From Chrysomallon squamiferum (taxonomy: Eukaryota; Animalia; Mollusca): DNA of 64,000 nucleotides. The stretch lies in contig CM022671.1 in assembly GCA_012295275.1 (NCBI GenBank), positions 6,820,001-6,884,000 of the forward strand. Direction: 5' to 3'. Below, piece after piece: positions 61,517 to 64,000 of the stretch. Position 1 is the first letter of the stretch; the number at the start of each line of letters is the position of its first letter. The notes under the pieces are model-generated. The model did not search any database. It saw nothing but the letters and a program-made list of their open reading frames with translations, and had not been told where the DNA came from. A program made the position numbers and the translations under genes.

Positions 61517-63807
61517 TATAATAATTATCTGGATGTTTCTTTGTAACAAACAAGTTATGGAGATGTGAGTGATAACAAAACAAATAAAAATATTTGTTCA
61601 AGTCAACTAAAATGTGACTTAATCCCAGATTATATGTTCATATGAGATATTCATTTATTTAAGTGTTTTTGTGTGTTTAGATGAGAACGAAAACACAAGC
61701 TTTCCGAATTCTCACAGACAATTACGTAACATCGGAGAGTGGTACAGGTGTCGTACACCAGGCACCATACTTTGGAGAGGTCAGAGTTCACTCTTCTTTT
61801 AAACAATACTTTTACTTTTATTTCTTTCTTCAAAAATGTGCTTTGTATATTCCAAGCTTATGTAAAGGTTATTCATTTGGTACGGAAACTGAAAATTATT
61901 TCATTTAGAACATAATATTAAAATGAAGACATAAAAACAACCACAACAACAATAATTGTTATGTTAAAAAAACAACTAAATAAATATATTTAAATTTTTT
62001 ATTTAATTGTACAGGTATGTCTGTTTTGTAATGTAATTTTAATTGTATAGTGTAATTTTGATTGTTTTTATTGTATTATTTGGTAATCTCATTGTGTTTG
62101 TGTTACATATTCCAGGATGACCAGCGTGTGTGTCTGGCTAACAAGGTCATCACTAAAAACATGGACATGATCTGTCCAGTCGATGCCAGTGGACGATTCA
62201 CCTCTGAGGTCACTGACTTTGCTGGACTCTATGTCAAGGTACAAGTCATGTTACAATCTTTACACAGTTAACATATAGTCACGTGTTACAGTCTTTACAC
62301 AGTTAACATGTAGTCATCACATGTTACAATCTTTACACAGTTAACATACAGTCACGTGTTACAGTCTTTACACAGTTAATATATAGTCACGTGTTACAGT
62401 CTTTACACAGTTAACATACAGTCACGTGTTACAATCTTTACACAGTTAATATATAGTCACGTGTTACAGTCTTTACACAGTTAACATATAGTCACGTGTT
62501 ACAATCTTTACACAGTTAACATAGTCACGTGTTACAGTCTTTACACAGTTAACATGTAGTCATCACGTGTTACAATCTTTACACAGTTAACATATAGTCA
62601 CGTGTTACAATCTTTACACAGTTAATATATAGTCATGTGTTACAATCTTTACACAGTTAACATACAGTCATGTGTTACAATCTTTACACAGTTAACATAG
62701 TCACGTGTTATAATCTTTACACAGTTAACATACAGTCACGTGTTATAATCTTTACACAGTTAACATATAGTCATGTGTTACAATCTTTACACAGTTAACA
62801 TATAGTCATGTATTACAATCTTTACACAGTTAACATATAGTCACGTGTTATAATCTTTACACAGTTAACATACAGTCACGTGTTACAATCTTTACACAGT
62901 TAACATATAGTCATGTGTTACAATCTTTACACAGTTAACATACAGTCACGGGTTACAGTCTTTACACAGTTAACATATAGTCACATGTTACAATTTTTAC
63001 ACAGTTAACATACAGTCATGGGTTATAATCTACACAGTTAACATATAGTCACGTGTTACAATCTTTACACAGTTAACATATAGTCACATGTTACAATGTT
63101 TACACAATTAACACATAGTCACTTGTTATAATCTTTACACAGTTAACATATAGTTACATGTTATAATTTTAAAAGTTTTTTAAAGTTTCGTAACACAGAT
63201 TAGTTTTAACTAATGAACAGAAAGTAGTTTTAAATTTACACTTTGTTAATGGCAGGATGCTGACAAGGAAATAATGAAGAAACTGAAATCAGATGGAAGA
63301 CTGGTTCACCAGGGATCAGTCAAACACAGCTACCCTTTCTGCTGGAGGTCAGTTTTAACTGTGTTTGTAAATGTTAGAAAGTTAGTGTCTATAACTATGT
63401 TAGTAAACTGATTTAGTAATTAGAGGGAACAAAGTCTAGCAGCAAAGGAAACTGTCGTTATATAAAATTAAACAAATAATAATAATAGAATAAAATAAAT
63501 AGAAAAAATACATTTGTTTCCTAGCGTTTTGCAGTTGAGTTGTTGTCTTTTTAACATGGTCACCTCCTTTAGATACATCTTCCAGTAATTAGAGAAAAAA
63601 TGTCATTTTAATATGAAAAGTTAATAATAAATCAAAGAAGAAAACTTCTGTGTCCCAGTAAAAGTAAAATAAAGATTTTTTATTATTATTATTTTTTTTT
63701 TTTTTCAGATCAGAAACTCCACTGATTTACAAAGCTGTTCCAAGTTGGTTTGTCAGAGTAGAACAAGCTACACATCTACTGCTGGAACAAAACCAGAAAA
63801 CTTACTG
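53619..63807 (+). CDS. IARS1: Cytoplasmic isoleucine-tRNA ligase, 5' part (continues beyond the window)
   Basis: Exons 53619-53737, 56142-56298, 56916-57035, 57752-57886, 58267-58351, 59610-59738, 60124-60211, 61062-61122, 61681-61779, 62116-62238, 63256-63347, 63709-63807, all phase-consistent. Motifs [25 protein letters not shown] (HIGH), [52 protein letters not shown]. Confidence 0.97.
56320..56605. repeat. About 65-70 bp tandem repeat, 4 copies, just after an IARS1 donor
   Basis: TTTTATTGATTTTCTCTCTC..TTTAAAAG.AAAATTTAATA.TAAATTGCCCCCCAAATATT repeated. Confidence 0.8.
57320..57635. repeat. 26-bp minisatellite (GAGATATCTCTTAGCTAGTCTGTGTT), IARS1 intron
   Basis: Read directly; the unit contains the palindromes GAGATATCTC and TAGCTA. 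Confidence 0.85.
59440..59590. repeat. 25-bp tandem repeat (AGACAAACAGTTAAAGTGATGTAAT) next to an IARS1 acceptor
   Basis: About 5 copies read directly. Confidence 0.8.
62245..63165. repeat. 35-bp minisatellite (GTCACGTGTTACAATCTTTACACAGTTAACATATA), about 26 copies, filling an IARS1 intron
   Basis: Period 35 measured between 62421 and 62456; starts 6 nt after the donor at 62239. Confidence 0.95.
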
Positions 63808-64000
63808 GTATTTTCAATTTGTACATCTGTGTCTGTGGGTGTGAGTGTGTGTGTGTGAGTGTGTTGTGTATGTGTGTTGTGTGTGTGTGTGTGTGTGTTG
63901 TATATGCTGTGTGATAAAAACCATAAATCTACTGCAGCTGAACAAAATCAGGAAACTTACTGGTATTTTCAATTTGTACATCTGTGTCTGTGGGTGTGAG

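Overview
AT-rich, microsatellite-dense animal genomic DNA with spliceosomal introns. It is probably a lophotrochozoan, most likely a mollusc; that is an inference from gene style, not a database result. I spliced nine protein-coding genes by hand. In order: the last two exons of an SLC6 transporter (+); a tandem cluster of three unrecognised secreted-protein paralogues (+); ALG10 (-) head-to-head with an intronless RBM15/spenito CDS (+); MAPKAPK2 (+, 10 exons); TMEM167B/Kish-B (-, one GC-AG intron) head-to-head with the 5' half of IARS1 (+). There is also a hAT MITE with an 8-bp TSD and many minisatellites. Two things stand out. First, the secreted family: signal peptide, Tyr-containing pro-region, a furin site built across a conserved exon junction, and a Gly/Gln/Asn/Phe-rich mature part with an expanding GQFQNGPL[NT] repeat. 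Second, a recurring pattern of tandem duplications that copy splice sites and exon ends in several unrelated genes.
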